Positions 52,801 through 62,188 of a stretch of DNA of 64,000 bases are shown piece by piece (positions within the stretch are counted from its first letter, which is position 1; each line of letters starts with the position of its first letter). The stretch is from contig OZ243972.1 of NCBI GenBank assembly GCA_965214705.1, positions 1,472,001-1,536,000 on the forward strand, in the 5' to 3' direction. The notes under the pieces are model-generated. The model did no database searches. It worked only from the letters and a program-made list of their open reading frames with translations, and was not told where the DNA came from. The position numbers were made by a program, and so were the translations under genes. The DNA comes from Alphaproteobacteria bacterium. Its GTDB lineage: Bacteria > Pseudomonadota > Alphaproteobacteria > UBA828.

Positions 52801-53250
52801 GTGGATGACGTAGAACAGATGGTTCCGGCCGGGCTCGGGCGGACCGCTTGGCCGGTCCTCCTGTCTTGCCGCAGCCGACCGGGGCCAGTCGTCCAGCCAG
52901 CGCCGCACGTCCCGGGACACGCCCCCGCGGGCGGAGACGGCAGCGCCGTCGACCGCTTCCGGTGAGACATGGCGGGCGGCGAGCAGGACGGCGGCCGTGT
53001 GCTTGCAGTTGTGGCCGACCGGGCAGGAGCAATGCCCCTCGACCGGAACCAGTGCTCCGTCCGCTCCGGACTCGTACTTGACCACGACTGCATAGGGTTT
53101 GGGCCGGCTACCCGAGACCTCCCCGAAGAGCCGGCCGTGCGGCCCGAAACTGACCGAACGCACCATGCCACGCTGGAAATAATCCAACCCTCGCAGGTAG
53201 GCGTCTTCCCCGACCACGTGCTCGATGTCGTACGTTTCGAAAGTCGCCAA
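49825..53250 (-). CDS. SWIM zinc finger - SNF2 family helicase
   Basis: CSCPVGHNCKH, LADDMGLGKT, DEAQ, TGTPLEN and QAMDRAHRIGQ motifs; probable TTG start at 53250. Confidence 0.92.
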   Translation of the reverse strand: MATFETYDIEHVVGEDAYLRGLDYFQRGMVRSVSFGPHGRLFGEVSGSRPKPYAVVVKYESGADGALVPVEGHCSCPVGHNCKHTAAVLLAARHVSPEAVDGAAVSARGGVSRDVRRWLDDWPRSAAARQEDRPSGPPEPGRNHLFYVIHRDTTGGMRIDPYRAYLKKDGMIGTNFREYREGTASAQRKFLTPEDAALIGRLGYYQGDIWPRRHDWPEGEELTGLVRGIVETGRARADDIRGMALSWSEPRRCVLAWEVGEAGRQQVAAHDDAGSPLTLLPFPTPMFMDPQSGEIGVAETGLPAGLASWLAAAPPVERGSIDAVAARLSRAGQHARVPQLHRVEERSDVMPEPVLGLFGCEHRAVRHAYDGRRIVEVSGSDVLVYPCARLEIAYPGAGNRVRAGRGDDLAAEGSEGFAVIRRDRAREEELLEILREAATPHAWENRELLRYHRNLPPELRDAEVVFPPIGDGRDDGAGAGLGFAVRAVPGLRARGWRIEADDSWPFRLHEGPVAFSTSLEADETDWFSLRLSLEADGRKYDIGPIVLQIVEELPVDEWGRLEEGFDIESHLAGRTFHTRLDDGSWVALDGSRFARFAEAFLEVHGLLEFHRADTGRLFALAEALEGCGAPWTGGREILDLGARLRALAEAPELAPPATLRGELRPYQRTGYGWLKALSESGFGGVLADDMGLGKTVQTLALLAHRHLEEKVERPSLLVVPTSLVGNWRREAARFVPDLKLLVLHGPDRRRHFPVIPDHHLIVTTYPLLNRDHEALFDRDFEIAVLDEAQAVKNPASAVSKRIREIRARQRLALTGTPLENSLQELWALYDWLVPGLLGNRKKFTADFRTPIEKRGDLARQRLLAARVKPFLMRRTKEEVAPELPERTVIDETIPLEGAQAALYEGIRTTMDRQVREAIAAQGLAASQMAIFEALLRLRQVCCDPSLVKLDAARKVTASAKRARLLALLEELVAEGRKVLVFSQFVEMLKLIERDIAAQGWGYAMLHGATKDRDAQVAAFQSGDLPLFLASLKAGGTGLNLTAADTVIVYDPWWNPATERQAMDRAHRIGQDKPVFVHRLIAENTVEAAIQRMQARKQALADALFEGTGRGPLGLTDDDIDALFGPAQSGSLSRRPVTRPAA

Positions 53251-53813
53251 GCCGGTCCGTCCGCCTTCCTTGCCCCGAATCCGCCGCCGGGACATCCGCT
53301 GTCCCGGGCGGGCGCGTCGACCGCCAACGCCCTGTCCGGGACTGCGACGGACCCTGCGCCGCCGGCTCCCGGCGCGCAAGCCCCGTGCCGTGCCGGGCAT
53401 GCTTCTCGAGCATTCCGGTTGCAGTCGGAAAGCAGTATCGATCCCGCGACCGGAGCGTCGAGCGACAGGTCGGCCGCGAGCGCCCTCGGCGCCTCTATCG
53501 GGAGCCGGCAGAAGCCGCATGCGGTGGCTCTTTTGTCTGCGCCTTTGTCGGCGCCGATCCAGTGTCACACGCTCTCGGCTCCCGTCACGCCAGACCATCC
53601 CGCCTGGAGCCCGTGGCGTGAGGACTTCGCCCAGGTCGCCGTCGTGGCCAGCGCCGGCCCCTCGACATCCCCCGTTCGCCGCGGCGCAGTCGCATCTCTT
53701 GGCCGGCTCCGGTCCCACGCCGGCCCGAGTGAGCGGATGGCGTCCGGGTTCTCGATCCGGACCGGGGCTCGAGGAGTCCCGCGCCGCGGCACCTCACCCT
53801 TCGGAGCCCGCCA

Positions 53814-54461
53814 ATGCACGATCCCGACACGATCTCCGCCGACTACACGCTGCGGCCCAGCGAGCTCGCCGCCACCCTCAAGATCCTTGTCGAAGCCAGA
53901 CAGCCAGTCATGGTCTGGGGTGGTCCCGGAATCGGCAAGAGCGAGGTCGCGCAGCAGGTCGCCGCCGAGGGCGGCCGCACCTACTATGACGTCCGTGCCC
54001 TGCTGCTTGACCCCGTCGACCTGCGTGGCATCCCCTGGCGCGACGACGACAACCGCACTCGCTGGGCTCCACCCGACTTCCTGCCGCCCACCGACAGCGC
54101 CGACCTCTACCTCGTCAACCTGGAGGAGCTTCCCTCCGGCGTGCCCATGGTGCAGGCGGCGCTCTTCCAGCTCGTCCGCGACCGCAAGTGCGGCGAGTAC
54201 GAGCTCCCCGAAGGCGCCTCGCTCATGGCCTGCGGCAACCGCGAGGGCGACCGCGGCGTCACCCACCGCATGCCGACCCCGCTGGCCTCGCGCTTCGTCC
54301 ATCTCGAGATCAAGGTCGACCCATCGGACTGGTTGGAATGGGGAGCCGCGAACGGGATCGCGCCAGAGACTCTCTTTTTCATCCAGCTCAGGCCGGAGCT
54401 CTTGAATGTGTTCGATCCACAGTCGCGCGAGGCGGCTTTCGCGTGTCCCCGCACGTGGGAG
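53814..54461 (+). pseudogene. MoxR-like AAA+ ATPase, N-terminal part
   Basis: GGPGIGKS, DPVDLRGIP, NLEEL, ACGN, LASRF and CPRTWE motifs; continues at 62289. Confidence 0.88.
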
Positions 54462-54487
54462 CTATGTTGAGCTCAACATAGCTCCCA
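54456..54487. repeat. 32-bp perfect palindrome
   Basis: tgggagctatgttgagctcaacatagctccca. Confidence 0.95.
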
Positions 54488-54707
54488 TTGAACTGAGCCG
54501 CGTTCCGCGGCGGGGCGCCTCGGCCGCCGGGTGCCCAGAGTGATCTCCTTGCCGCGCGTAAGTTGAGTGTGGCCGTTCGCTCCAGCGTCTGGGCGCAGGG
54601 TCGAATCCTGTTTCTCCCTCGTTGATCGATGGTCGTCGACCGCCAAGCCGGCGAGCAAGAGCATGGGCGTGTCTTCGTGACAGACCAAACCCAGAGGGAG
54701 ACGCCCC

Positions 54708-55562
54708 ATGACGGCACTTCGCCAGCGCATGATCAACGACATGACGGTTCGCGGCTTCGCCGAGAACACCAGGAAGTCCTACCTCAACTCGGTCTCCGGG
54801 CTCGCGGTTCACTACGGTCGCAGCCCCGAGCACATCTCAGCGGAGGAAGTCCAGGAGTACCTCATCTTTCTTCACGAAGAGCGGGGGCTGGCTTGGCAGA
54901 GCTGCAACAGCGCTCGCCAAGGGATCCGCTTCCTCTATCGCATCACGCTGGGCTTGCCCGAGCCGCACTTCTATCTGCCCTTCGCCAAGACGCCTTCCAC
55001 CCTGCCCGTACTGCTCAACCAAGACGAACTGGTGCGGCTGTTCAGCGTCACCATCAACCGCAAGCACCGCGCCTTGCTGATGACGGCCTATGCAGCGGGG
55101 CTTCGGGCGAGCGAGCTCGGCCGGTTGCAGATCAGCGATATCGACTCACAGCGGATGTGCCTGCGCGTCGATCAGGGCAAGGGCAACAAGGACCGCTACG
55201 TCCCGCTCTCGCCCCGGCTGCTCGACGAGCTGCGCGAGTACTGGCAGCGGGTACGGCCCGAGCACTGGCTGTTCCCCGGTCGGATTCCCGGCCGGCCGAT
55301 GACGCGCCATGGGCCAGCACACGTTTACGATCGAGCCAAGGACAAAGCCGGGATCGCCAAGCCCGGCGGGATCCACACGCTGCGCCATTGCTACGCCACC
55401 GGGCTCCTCGAGGCCGGCGTCGAGCTGCATGTCATCCAACGCCGCCTCGGGCACACCTCAATCCGCTCGACCATGCGCTACCTTCACCTTGCTCACGACA
55501 AGACGTCCGCCACGCCGTCGCCCCTGGACCTGCTGGAGTTTCCGCGTCCTGCCCAGGCCTGA
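54708..55562 (+). CDS. Tyrosine recombinase associated with the IS91-type transposase
   Basis: MTALRQRMINDM, GLRASE, GKGNKDR, HTLRH, LGH and T--Y motifs. Confidence 0.92.
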   Translation: MTALRQRMINDMTVRGFAENTRKSYLNSVSGLAVHYGRSPEHISAEEVQEYLIFLHEERGLAWQSCNSARQGIRFLYRITLGLPEPHFYLPFAKTPSTLPVLLNQDELVRLFSVTINRKHRALLMTAYAAGLRASELGRLQISDIDSQRMCLRVDQGKGNKDRYVPLSPRLLDELREYWQRVRPEHWLFPGRIPGRPMTRHGPAHVYDRAKDKAGIAKPGGIHTLRHCYATGLLEAGVELHVIQRRLGHTSIRSTMRYLHLAHDKTSATPSPLDLLEFPRPAQA

Positions 55563-55565
55563 CCG

Positions 55566-56786
55566 GTGGCTCATGTCGGCCACGCGGCGCCAGCCACACG
55601 GCCGGCGCTGGAGGTCGCGGACATCCTGCGCGAGCGCGGCGACGCCTATGGCGAGACACATCTGCTCTCGGCCCAGCAGCAGAGGGTCGTCGACGCGCTG
55701 GTGAACTGCCGCACCGCTGTGCTCGGCGGGTTCAAGGCAGAATGCGATCACTGCGGGGCGGTGACGATCCAGTACGCCTCGTGCCGGAACCGTCATTGCC
55801 CCAAGTGCCAGACCCTCTCGCAGACCAGGTGGGTTGAGCGTCAGTGCGCCGATCTGCTCGACATCGACTACTGGCATGTCGTGTTCACCCTGCCCCACGA
55901 GCTCAACCCCGTGGCCCAGGGCAATGCCGCGCTCATCTACAGGCTGCTCTTCAAGGCCGCCTCCCAGACCCTGCTCGAGTTCGGCCGCAATCCCCGCTGG
56001 CTCGGCGGCGAGCTCGGCATCACCATGGTGCTGCACACTTGGGGGCAGAATCTGGGACAGCACATCCATGTCCACTGTATCGTCACCGACGGCGGTCTGA
56101 GCCCGGACAGAGAGCGCTGGCTCACTCCCGCGCGCAAGGGCTTCCTGTTCCCCACGGTCGCGCTCTCGAAGGTCTTCCGCGGCAAGTATCTCGACTTCCT
56201 CGGCGCCGCGCACCGCGACGGCGAACTCCGGCTCAAGGTCGTCGGCGGTGGTGACGACAGCCGCGAGTTCGAGTGTCTGAAGACCGCGCTGCGGTCGAAC
56301 GACTGGGTGGTCTACACCAAGGCCCCGTTCGCCGGCGCCGGGCACGTTCTGGCCTATCTCGGGCGCTACACCCACAAGGCTGCCATCGCCAATCATCGCC
56401 TCGTCGACTTCGACGGCGAGCACGTTCGCTTCCGTTGGCGCGACTACGCTGACGGCAACAAGGTCAAGGTGATGCGTCTCGACGTCGACGAGTTCATCCG
56501 CCGCTTCCTCCTGCACGTCCTCCCGCGCGGCTTCACCCGCCTGCGCCACTACGGCTTGCTCGCCAATCGCTGCCGGGCTCGCAAGCTCGCCCGCTGCCGA
56601 GACCTGCTCGGCCAGCCTGCCCCTGAACCGCGGGAGCCGGAAACGACGCAGCAGATGATGCTGCGACTGACGGGGATCGACATCACCGTGTGCCGCCAGT
56701 GCGGCGAGGCAACGCTGCGGCAAACCGTCATTCTTGAGCCGCAGCCCCAAGCAGCCATGCGGGCGACGAATACCCGACCGCCGTGA
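55566..56786 (+). CDS. IS91-family rolling-circle transposase (zinc-binding + Y2 HUH)
   Basis: SCRNRHCPKC, HVVFTLP, LHTWG...HIHVH, YLGRY and RHYG motifs. Confidence 0.92.
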   Translation: MAHVGHAAPATRPALEVADILRERGDAYGETHLLSAQQQRVVDALVNCRTAVLGGFKAECDHCGAVTIQYASCRNRHCPKCQTLSQTRWVERQCADLLDIDYWHVVFTLPHELNPVAQGNAALIYRLLFKAASQTLLEFGRNPRWLGGELGITMVLHTWGQNLGQHIHVHCIVTDGGLSPDRERWLTPARKGFLFPTVALSKVFRGKYLDFLGAAHRDGELRLKVVGGGDDSREFECLKTALRSNDWVVYTKAPFAGAGHVLAYLGRYTHKAAIANHRLVDFDGEHVRFRWRDYADGNKVKVMRLDVDEFIRRFLLHVLPRGFTRLRHYGLLANRCRARKLARCRDLLGQPAPEPREPETTQQMMLRLTGIDITVCRQCGEATLRQTVILEPQPQAAMRATNTRPP

Positions 56787-57225
56787 CGATGCGTCAGAAC
56801 CGACAAGGTCCGACAACAGTCCCCCCGGCCGCCGCGCCGCGACCGCTCCTGCGCCCGCTTCGTGCTGCCCGGCGGCGAAACATCGTCGCGAGCCCCTGCA
56901 CAGCCGCGTCGCAACCTGATAAGTGGAGATTCAGAGTGCCGGCGCCGCCAGCGACACCAACAGGTTGCACCGCTTCGGCCTAATCGGCTCCCACCCAGCG
57001 GTTACTTTCCCCATAGCCCGGCACTACGGCCGTGCAGCGCGGCTCAGCTCAATGCCTGTATCGGTCCTGCTGCGCACGACCGATACAGGCCAATTCAATA
57101 TCGCGACCTCGCAGATATGGCGAGGACGGGGCGACAGCCCCCGGAGCGCCTCCTCTGGCGGCTGGATCGCTCAACATATTTCTGGCCTCCTCTCTTGGCT
57201 TCGCCAAGACAAGAGGAGAGCCATC

Positions 57226-58782
57226 ATGTCATCAACAGCAACGCGCCTGTCCGGGTCTCAGCTCACGCCTGAACCGCATCCCGAGGTATTCGACGAGTAT
57301 CGCGATCACCTGAGGGGCCTCGGATTCACGGAAACGAGCGTCCGGGACCACGGTCGTTTCGTGCGGCATTTCCTGATCTGGCTGGATGCGGACGGCATTG
57401 CACTGGATTCGATCGACGGCAATGTTGTGTCGAGCTTTTTCGGTCACGATTGTGGCTGCGATCTACCCTTCTCCAAGGCAATCCCGTCCGACTCCGGATA
57501 TTCGGTAGGGCCAGTCACTCGGTTTGTGCGCTTTCTTGAGGAGACCGGGCGAACCTTCCATCTCGAGGAACTGGACCAAAACCTCGGTCTACTGGATCAG
57601 TTTCTACAGCAGTCCCGAGAAAACGGATACAGCCACAGGGCACTTAACGTCTTTCGGTCGACAAGCCGCCACTTCATCGTCTGGCTGCACCATTTCCGTA
57701 TCCCGCTCGGGCAGCTGGACAGTTCTACTCTGGAGTGCTTTTTCGAACACGACTGCTATTGCGGTCTCCCGGGAATATACACCGGTTGGCGCAAGAAGGA
57801 ACGTGCCGTCTACCAACCGTCAGGCCTCACTCGGTTTATCGAGTTCTTGATTGACCGCGGCGAGGTCTCGGACGTCTTTCCATCGCCCACGGTAGCCGAC
57901 GACGGCCTTGACGAGTTTCGTTCCTGGCTCCGGCAAAACCGCAACATTGGTGAGAAGACCATACGGCACTACACCGGAACAATAACCTCTCTCCGCCCAG
58001 ACCTTGCAGAGAATCCCGATCAGTTTGACGTAACACAGATCCGGAACGCTCTAATGGACAAGCTCGAGAGCGCCTCTATCCGCCAAGCGAAACGAGTAAC
58101 GTCCACGCTGCGCATGTACCTGCGGTTTATGGCCTCCACAGGTCGCTGCTCCGCGAGACTGGTGGGTGCTGTTCCGACCGTCGCAGAATGGAGTCAAACC
58201 ACACTGCCTCGTTACTTGGCGCCTGAGATAATTGAACGGGCGATAGATTCTTGCGACCGAGCAACAGCGAAGGGGGTGCGCAACCGAGCAATAGTGCTCT
58301 TGCTCGCCAGGCTGGGCCTGCGTGCCGGAGAAGTTTCTCGCTTACGGTTGTGCGATATCGACTGGGAGAACGCACAGCTCCGGATCTGTGGAAAATCGGA
58401 CAAGGAAACGGCCATTCCACTTCCGCAGGAGGTTGGAGATGCGTTGCTTGACTATATCACCAATGCCCGACCTCGCGCAGATGAGGAAAGGGTCTTTCTG
58501 ACGGTGCTGGCACCGCACCGGCCGTTCAAGGAATCAAGCGGGATCACCTACGTCGCGCGCGTTGCGCTCGAACGCGCCGGTGTCGATCGCGCCAAGTTCC
58601 GGGGCGCACATGTCTTTCGACACAGCGCGGCTACCAATCTGCTGCGATCCGGCGCATCTCTCCGCTTCGTCGGCTCCTTGCTTCGGCACGAGTCCCTGAA
58701 GACCACCGCGCTATACGCAAAAGTCGATGCGCAGATGCTTCAAGAACTCGCGCAACCATGGATCGGGGGGAATACGAAATGA
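57226..58782 (+). CDS. RIT tyrosine recombinase A
   Basis: LPRYL, GLRAGE, HVFRHS, LRH and YAKVD...L.ELAQPW motifs; GAGGAG RBS. Confidence 0.9.
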   Translation: MSSTATRLSGSQLTPEPHPEVFDEYRDHLRGLGFTETSVRDHGRFVRHFLIWLDADGIALDSIDGNVVSSFFGHDCGCDLPFSKAIPSDSGYSVGPVTRFVRFLEETGRTFHLEELDQNLGLLDQFLQQSRENGYSHRALNVFRSTSRHFIVWLHHFRIPLGQLDSSTLECFFEHDCYCGLPGIYTGWRKKERAVYQPSGLTRFIEFLIDRGEVSDVFPSPTVADDGLDEFRSWLRQNRNIGEKTIRHYTGTITSLRPDLAENPDQFDVTQIRNALMDKLESASIRQAKRVTSTLRMYLRFMASTGRCSARLVGAVPTVAEWSQTTLPRYLAPEIIERAIDSCDRATAKGVRNRAIVLLLARLGLRAGEVSRLRLCDIDWENAQLRICGKSDKETAIPLPQEVGDALLDYITNARPRADEERVFLTVLAPHRPFKESSGITYVARVALERAGVDRAKFRGAHVFRHSAATNLLRSGASLRFVGSLLRHESLKTTALYAKVDAQMLQELAQPWIGGNTK

Positions 58783-59696
58783 CCCTCAAGACGCATGTGG
58801 AACGCTACATCGAACTCAAACGGCGCCTTGGCTACAAGTACGACGAAGCGGAAAAGCTGCTGCTCGACTACGCGAACTTTGCAGCGAAACGGAACGAGGA
58901 CCTCATGCGGGTCGGAACAATGGTCGATTGGGCGGCCAAAGCGAGTTCACGCAACAGGTCGTGCACCAAGTTGGACGTCGTTCGCATTTTTGCGACGTTC
59001 CTACACGGAGAAGACCAACGTCATGAGGTTCCGCCGCGCGATGTCTTCGGAAGGAAGACAAAGACAAGACCCCGACCGCATCTGCTGAGTGAAGGTGAGA
59101 TTCGGCTCGTGATGGACGCCGCGTTGACACTGCGGCCGTTGGGATCGATCACGCCGCACACTTGGCACTACATGATCGGGCTGATCGCCGTGACGGGTCT
59201 ACGGGCGTCGGAGGCCCTAAACCTGCGACTTGCCGATGTTGCTGCGTACAGCCTAACCGTGCAGCAGACAAAGTTCGGGAAGAGCCGGAAGGTTCCGCTG
59301 CATGAGGAGACTCGTGCAGCGCTCGACAACTATCTCGACATGAGAAAACGACTAGGAGGAGTGTACGATCATCTCTTCGTACGGGCGGACGGCAAGCCGC
59401 CGACGTATGCCGTCGCGCGCTATGTGTTCCTCAAACTTCTTCGTCAAACCGGTCTTCGCGCTGGTGGCAACGTGCCGGGCCCGAGCTTGCACAGCTTGCG
59501 CCATTCCTTCGCCGTGAGATCGCTCGAAAACATACCTGATGGCGCCGATCATAGCAGGCACATGCTTGCCCTTTCGGTCTCCCTTGGTCATGCCCAGGTG
59601 ACCCACACCTACTGGTACATGGAGGCAACTCCGACCCTGCTCAATCAGATCGCGGAAAAAACAGAAAGTGGATACATAGGGAGGATGCAAAAATGA
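58779..59696 (+). CDS. RIT tyrosine recombinase B
   Basis: Y...KRRLGYK, GLRASE, TKFGKSR, HSLRHSFAV, LGH and TYWY motifs; ATGA overlap. Confidence 0.92.
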   Translation: MTLKTHVERYIELKRRLGYKYDEAEKLLLDYANFAAKRNEDLMRVGTMVDWAAKASSRNRSCTKLDVVRIFATFLHGEDQRHEVPPRDVFGRKTKTRPRPHLLSEGEIRLVMDAALTLRPLGSITPHTWHYMIGLIAVTGLRASEALNLRLADVAAYSLTVQQTKFGKSRKVPLHEETRAALDNYLDMRKRLGGVYDHLFVRADGKPPTYAVARYVFLKLLRQTGLRAGGNVPGPSLHSLRHSFAVRSLENIPDGADHSRHMLALSVSLGHAQVTHTYWYMEATPTLLNQIAEKTESGYIGRMQK

Positions 59697-60688
59697 CAGC
59701 GCTGGCGACACATCTGAGTGAGTTTTTGCACCAGCACTTACCGAGAGACAGGCGGGCAAGCAAACATACAGCATCAAGCTATACCGCCACCTTCCGGCTA
59801 CTAAACAGGTACATTAAGGACCAACTCGACGAGGAGGCCTGCTTAGTAGAAATCGAGCAACTTAGCCCGCAAACTATCCTGGAGTTCCTTGACTTCCTCG
59901 AGCAAGAACGGGGAAGTGGAGTACGCACGCGCAATGCAAGGCTCGTCGCTATCAAGTCATTCTTCCGCTACCTGGAATACAAGGCTCCAGCCTGTCTGGA
60001 GCAATGCCGGCAGGTTCGTGCAATTCCCGAAAAGCGCGCTGACGAGAAGCTGATAGATTGGTTGACCGGTGAAGAAATGGAGGTGCTTCTCGCGGTGCCG
60101 GACGTCAATACAATCTCTGGGCTTCGCGATCGAGCGATGTTGCTACTTGCGTATACGGCTGGCCTGCGCGTCTCTGAGCTCGTGTCGCTAAGGCTCGATG
60201 ATCTCGATCAGCCTGATCTTGACACCGTGCATGTGATGGGAAAGGGACGTCGTGAGCGGATTCTTCCACTCTGGAAGATTACCAAAGAAGCCTTGGCCAG
60301 CTGGCTCGACGTCCGAGAGACCGGTAAAACCAATCACGTTTTTATCAATGCTCGTGGTCGCCCGATAACCCGCCACGGCTTCGCTCATCGCCTGGCGGTA
60401 CATACCAAGACTGCTCAGCAGCGGATGCCGTCGATAGGGAGAAAAAACGTAACTCCGCACTCGCTTCGGCACAGTTGCGCGGTCCTCATACTCGAGGAGA
60501 CGGACAATATCGGCTTTGTGTCGCTCTGGCTGGGTCATGCCAGCGCACAGAGCACAGCTATCTATCTGCGAGTGAATCCCAAGAAGGCGTTCAATGGGGT
60601 GGCAGGAGACTTGCCGTCAGAGATCAGGAAGGGCTCGTTCAAGGGCGCTCGCGATCAACTGGAGCAGATTCTCAAGCACGTACCCTGA
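59693..60688 (+). CDS. RIT tyrosine recombinase C
   Basis: RNARLVAIKSFFRY, GLRVSE, GKGRRER, PHSLRH and LWLGHA motifs; stop supplied by the IS end (original ...VPCP*). Confidence 0.92.
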   Translation: MTALATHLSEFLHQHLPRDRRASKHTASSYTATFRLLNRYIKDQLDEEACLVEIEQLSPQTILEFLDFLEQERGSGVRTRNARLVAIKSFFRYLEYKAPACLEQCRQVRAIPEKRADEKLIDWLTGEEMEVLLAVPDVNTISGLRDRAMLLLAYTAGLRVSELVSLRLDDLDQPDLDTVHVMGKGRRERILPLWKITKEALASWLDVRETGKTNHVFINARGRPITRHGFAHRLAVHTKTAQQRMPSIGRKNVTPHSLRHSCAVLILEETDNIGFVSLWLGHASAQSTAIYLRVNPKKAFNGVAGDLPSEIRKGSFKGARDQLEQILKHVP

Positions 60689-62188
60689 GCCACTTGCAAA
60701 ACTCCCAGGCGCGGTCTGCTTTTCCCGAGAGCCCGGCGTGAGGACATTGACGGTCGGAACGTAACATGAACTTCGGGACGAGCGGACGTCGCTGGCTGCC
60801 GCCGGGGCGCCGATTCGCCGCAAACCGATGCCCATGCGGGCGCATTTTGGACCCGCCGTCGCGATGCGGACATGGCTTTTTGCGCCTCCGCGGAGGGAGG
60901 CGTGCCGGCGTGACAGCGACGGAGGCGCCGCTCAGGCCAGGAGGCGCATCAGCTGGTCGACCGTCAGCACCAGGATGCCGAACATCAGGTGGCAATGAAC
61001 CTTGGCATGGCCGCACACGCGGACATGGCGGCCCCCGCAGTTGTCCTTCAGCCCACCGTTGATGCGCTCGATGTTCGAGCGCTCGTTGTAGCGCTCGTCC
61101 GCCGGGTGGCGGTGACCGACGCCTCTCTGCGCCCTGGCCTCGCGCGCCAGCTCCTCCTTGTACTCCTTGTCGCGAGGGTTGACGTCGATGATCGGGACGT
61201 GGCCCAGCAGGTAGCTGTGCCAGCCGATCTCGGGCGCGTCATAGGCTGAGTCCATGAGGTCGTACAGATTGGTGACGCGGTCGGCGGTCATACTCGCCAG
61301 CGGGATCGCGGCCTGGCTGTCGTGCAGCGAGGCGGACGTCAGGATGCAACTGATCGGAATGCCGCCATCGGCGGCGTCGATGTGCAGCTTGTAACCGATC
61401 CACGATGTGGTATGGCCCCTGGCGTTGCGCTTGGTGCCGACGTCGCAGGCTTTCGGCAGGTCGTCGAGCATCTGGGGCAAGCTCATCGTGAGCTGGCGTT
61501 TCACGCGGCGCTCCTCCTTGGGCCGCTCCTCGCCCTTGCGCGGGCGGCCGCGCTTGCGCTTCGGCTTCTCCGCCTTGGGCTTGGGCTGAGGCTTCTCGCG
61601 CGCCTCGATCGCCGTCGAGTCGCGCGAGACGTGCCCGACCAGATGGTCTCCGAGGGTCTGCTTGATCAGCGCCTCATGCACGCGAGCGGGCAACGCACTC
61701 TCGGAGAACTCCGCAAACGCCCGCGAAAACGTCGCCTCGCTCGGGATCTCTGCGGCATAGGTCCAGCCGCAGAGACGGCGTAGCGTCTTGTCGTTCTCAA
61801 GGCGCTCGATCAGGGCGCGCGTCGTGGGTACGTCGAACACCGCCTTGGCGATGAAGGCGCGGGCCAAGGCCGCCCGATCCTCGACCGGCCGACCGGGCAG
61901 GCCATGGAAATGGGGAAGGAAGCTCTCGACCCGCGCAAGCTCAAGCACGGTGACGAAGCGCCGGTACCTCTCGCCGAGCGGCCCGAGCTCCTCCTCAAGC
62001 CACGGGAAAAGATCCGCTTGAATGTGATGCCAGAATCCGGATAGTGTCTGTCCCAGCGACATGGGGCCGCCCTCTCCGTCGACGTTGTCCGAAACCCGAC
62101 AGGAACAGAGAGCGGTCCCGATTTCCAGGACAATCTGACCGCCACGGCGGCAAAATCCCGCTCAAATGCGGAATTTTGCAAGTGGCTC
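60687..62188 (-). mobile_element. IS5/IS1182-clan insertion sequence (complete), relative of 44115-45613
   Basis: 15-bp perfect IR gagccacttgcaaaa; 4-bp TSD ccct (60683-60686, 62189-62192). Confidence 0.9.
60932..62062 (-). CDS. DDE transposase (DUF772 + DDE_Tnp_1 type)
   Basis: Same motifs as 44335-45474. Confidence 0.9.
   Translation of the reverse strand: MSLGQTLSGFWHHIQADLFPWLEEELGPLGERYRRFVTVLELARVESFLPHFHGLPGRPVEDRAALARAFIAKAVFDVPTTRALIERLENDKTLRRLCGWTYAAEIPSEATFSRAFAEFSESALPARVHEALIKQTLGDHLVGHVSRDSTAIEAREKPQPKPKAEKPKRKRGRPRKGEERPKEERRVKRQLTMSLPQMLDDLPKACDVGTKRNARGHTTSWIGYKLHIDAADGGIPISCILTSASLHDSQAAIPLASMTADRVTNLYDLMDSAYDAPEIGWHSYLLGHVPIIDVNPRDKEYKEELAREARAQRGVGHRHPADERYNERSNIERINGGLKDNCGGRHVRVCGHAKVHCHLMFGILVLTVDQLMRLLA

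Larger units (their letters stand above)
54488..57097 (+). mobile_element. Integrase + IS91-type (Y2) transposase element
   Basis: 17-bp IR cattga(a/g)ctgagccgcg (54486-54502 / 57038-57054); 13-bp stem hairpin at 57054-57090; removing it rejoins ctccca-atatcgcg. Confidence 0.75.

Noticed and set aside
53251-53718. N-terminal extension of the 1297-aa SNF2 ORF
   Set aside because: Arg/Gly-rich open frame typical of GC-rich intergenic DNA
56923-57225. N-terminal extension of the 619-aa RitA ORF
   Set aside because: Crosses element ends; a strong RBS precedes ATG 57226
44115-62188. Composite transposon between the two IS5-clan copies
   Set aside because: Each copy has its own TSD and the two are diverged
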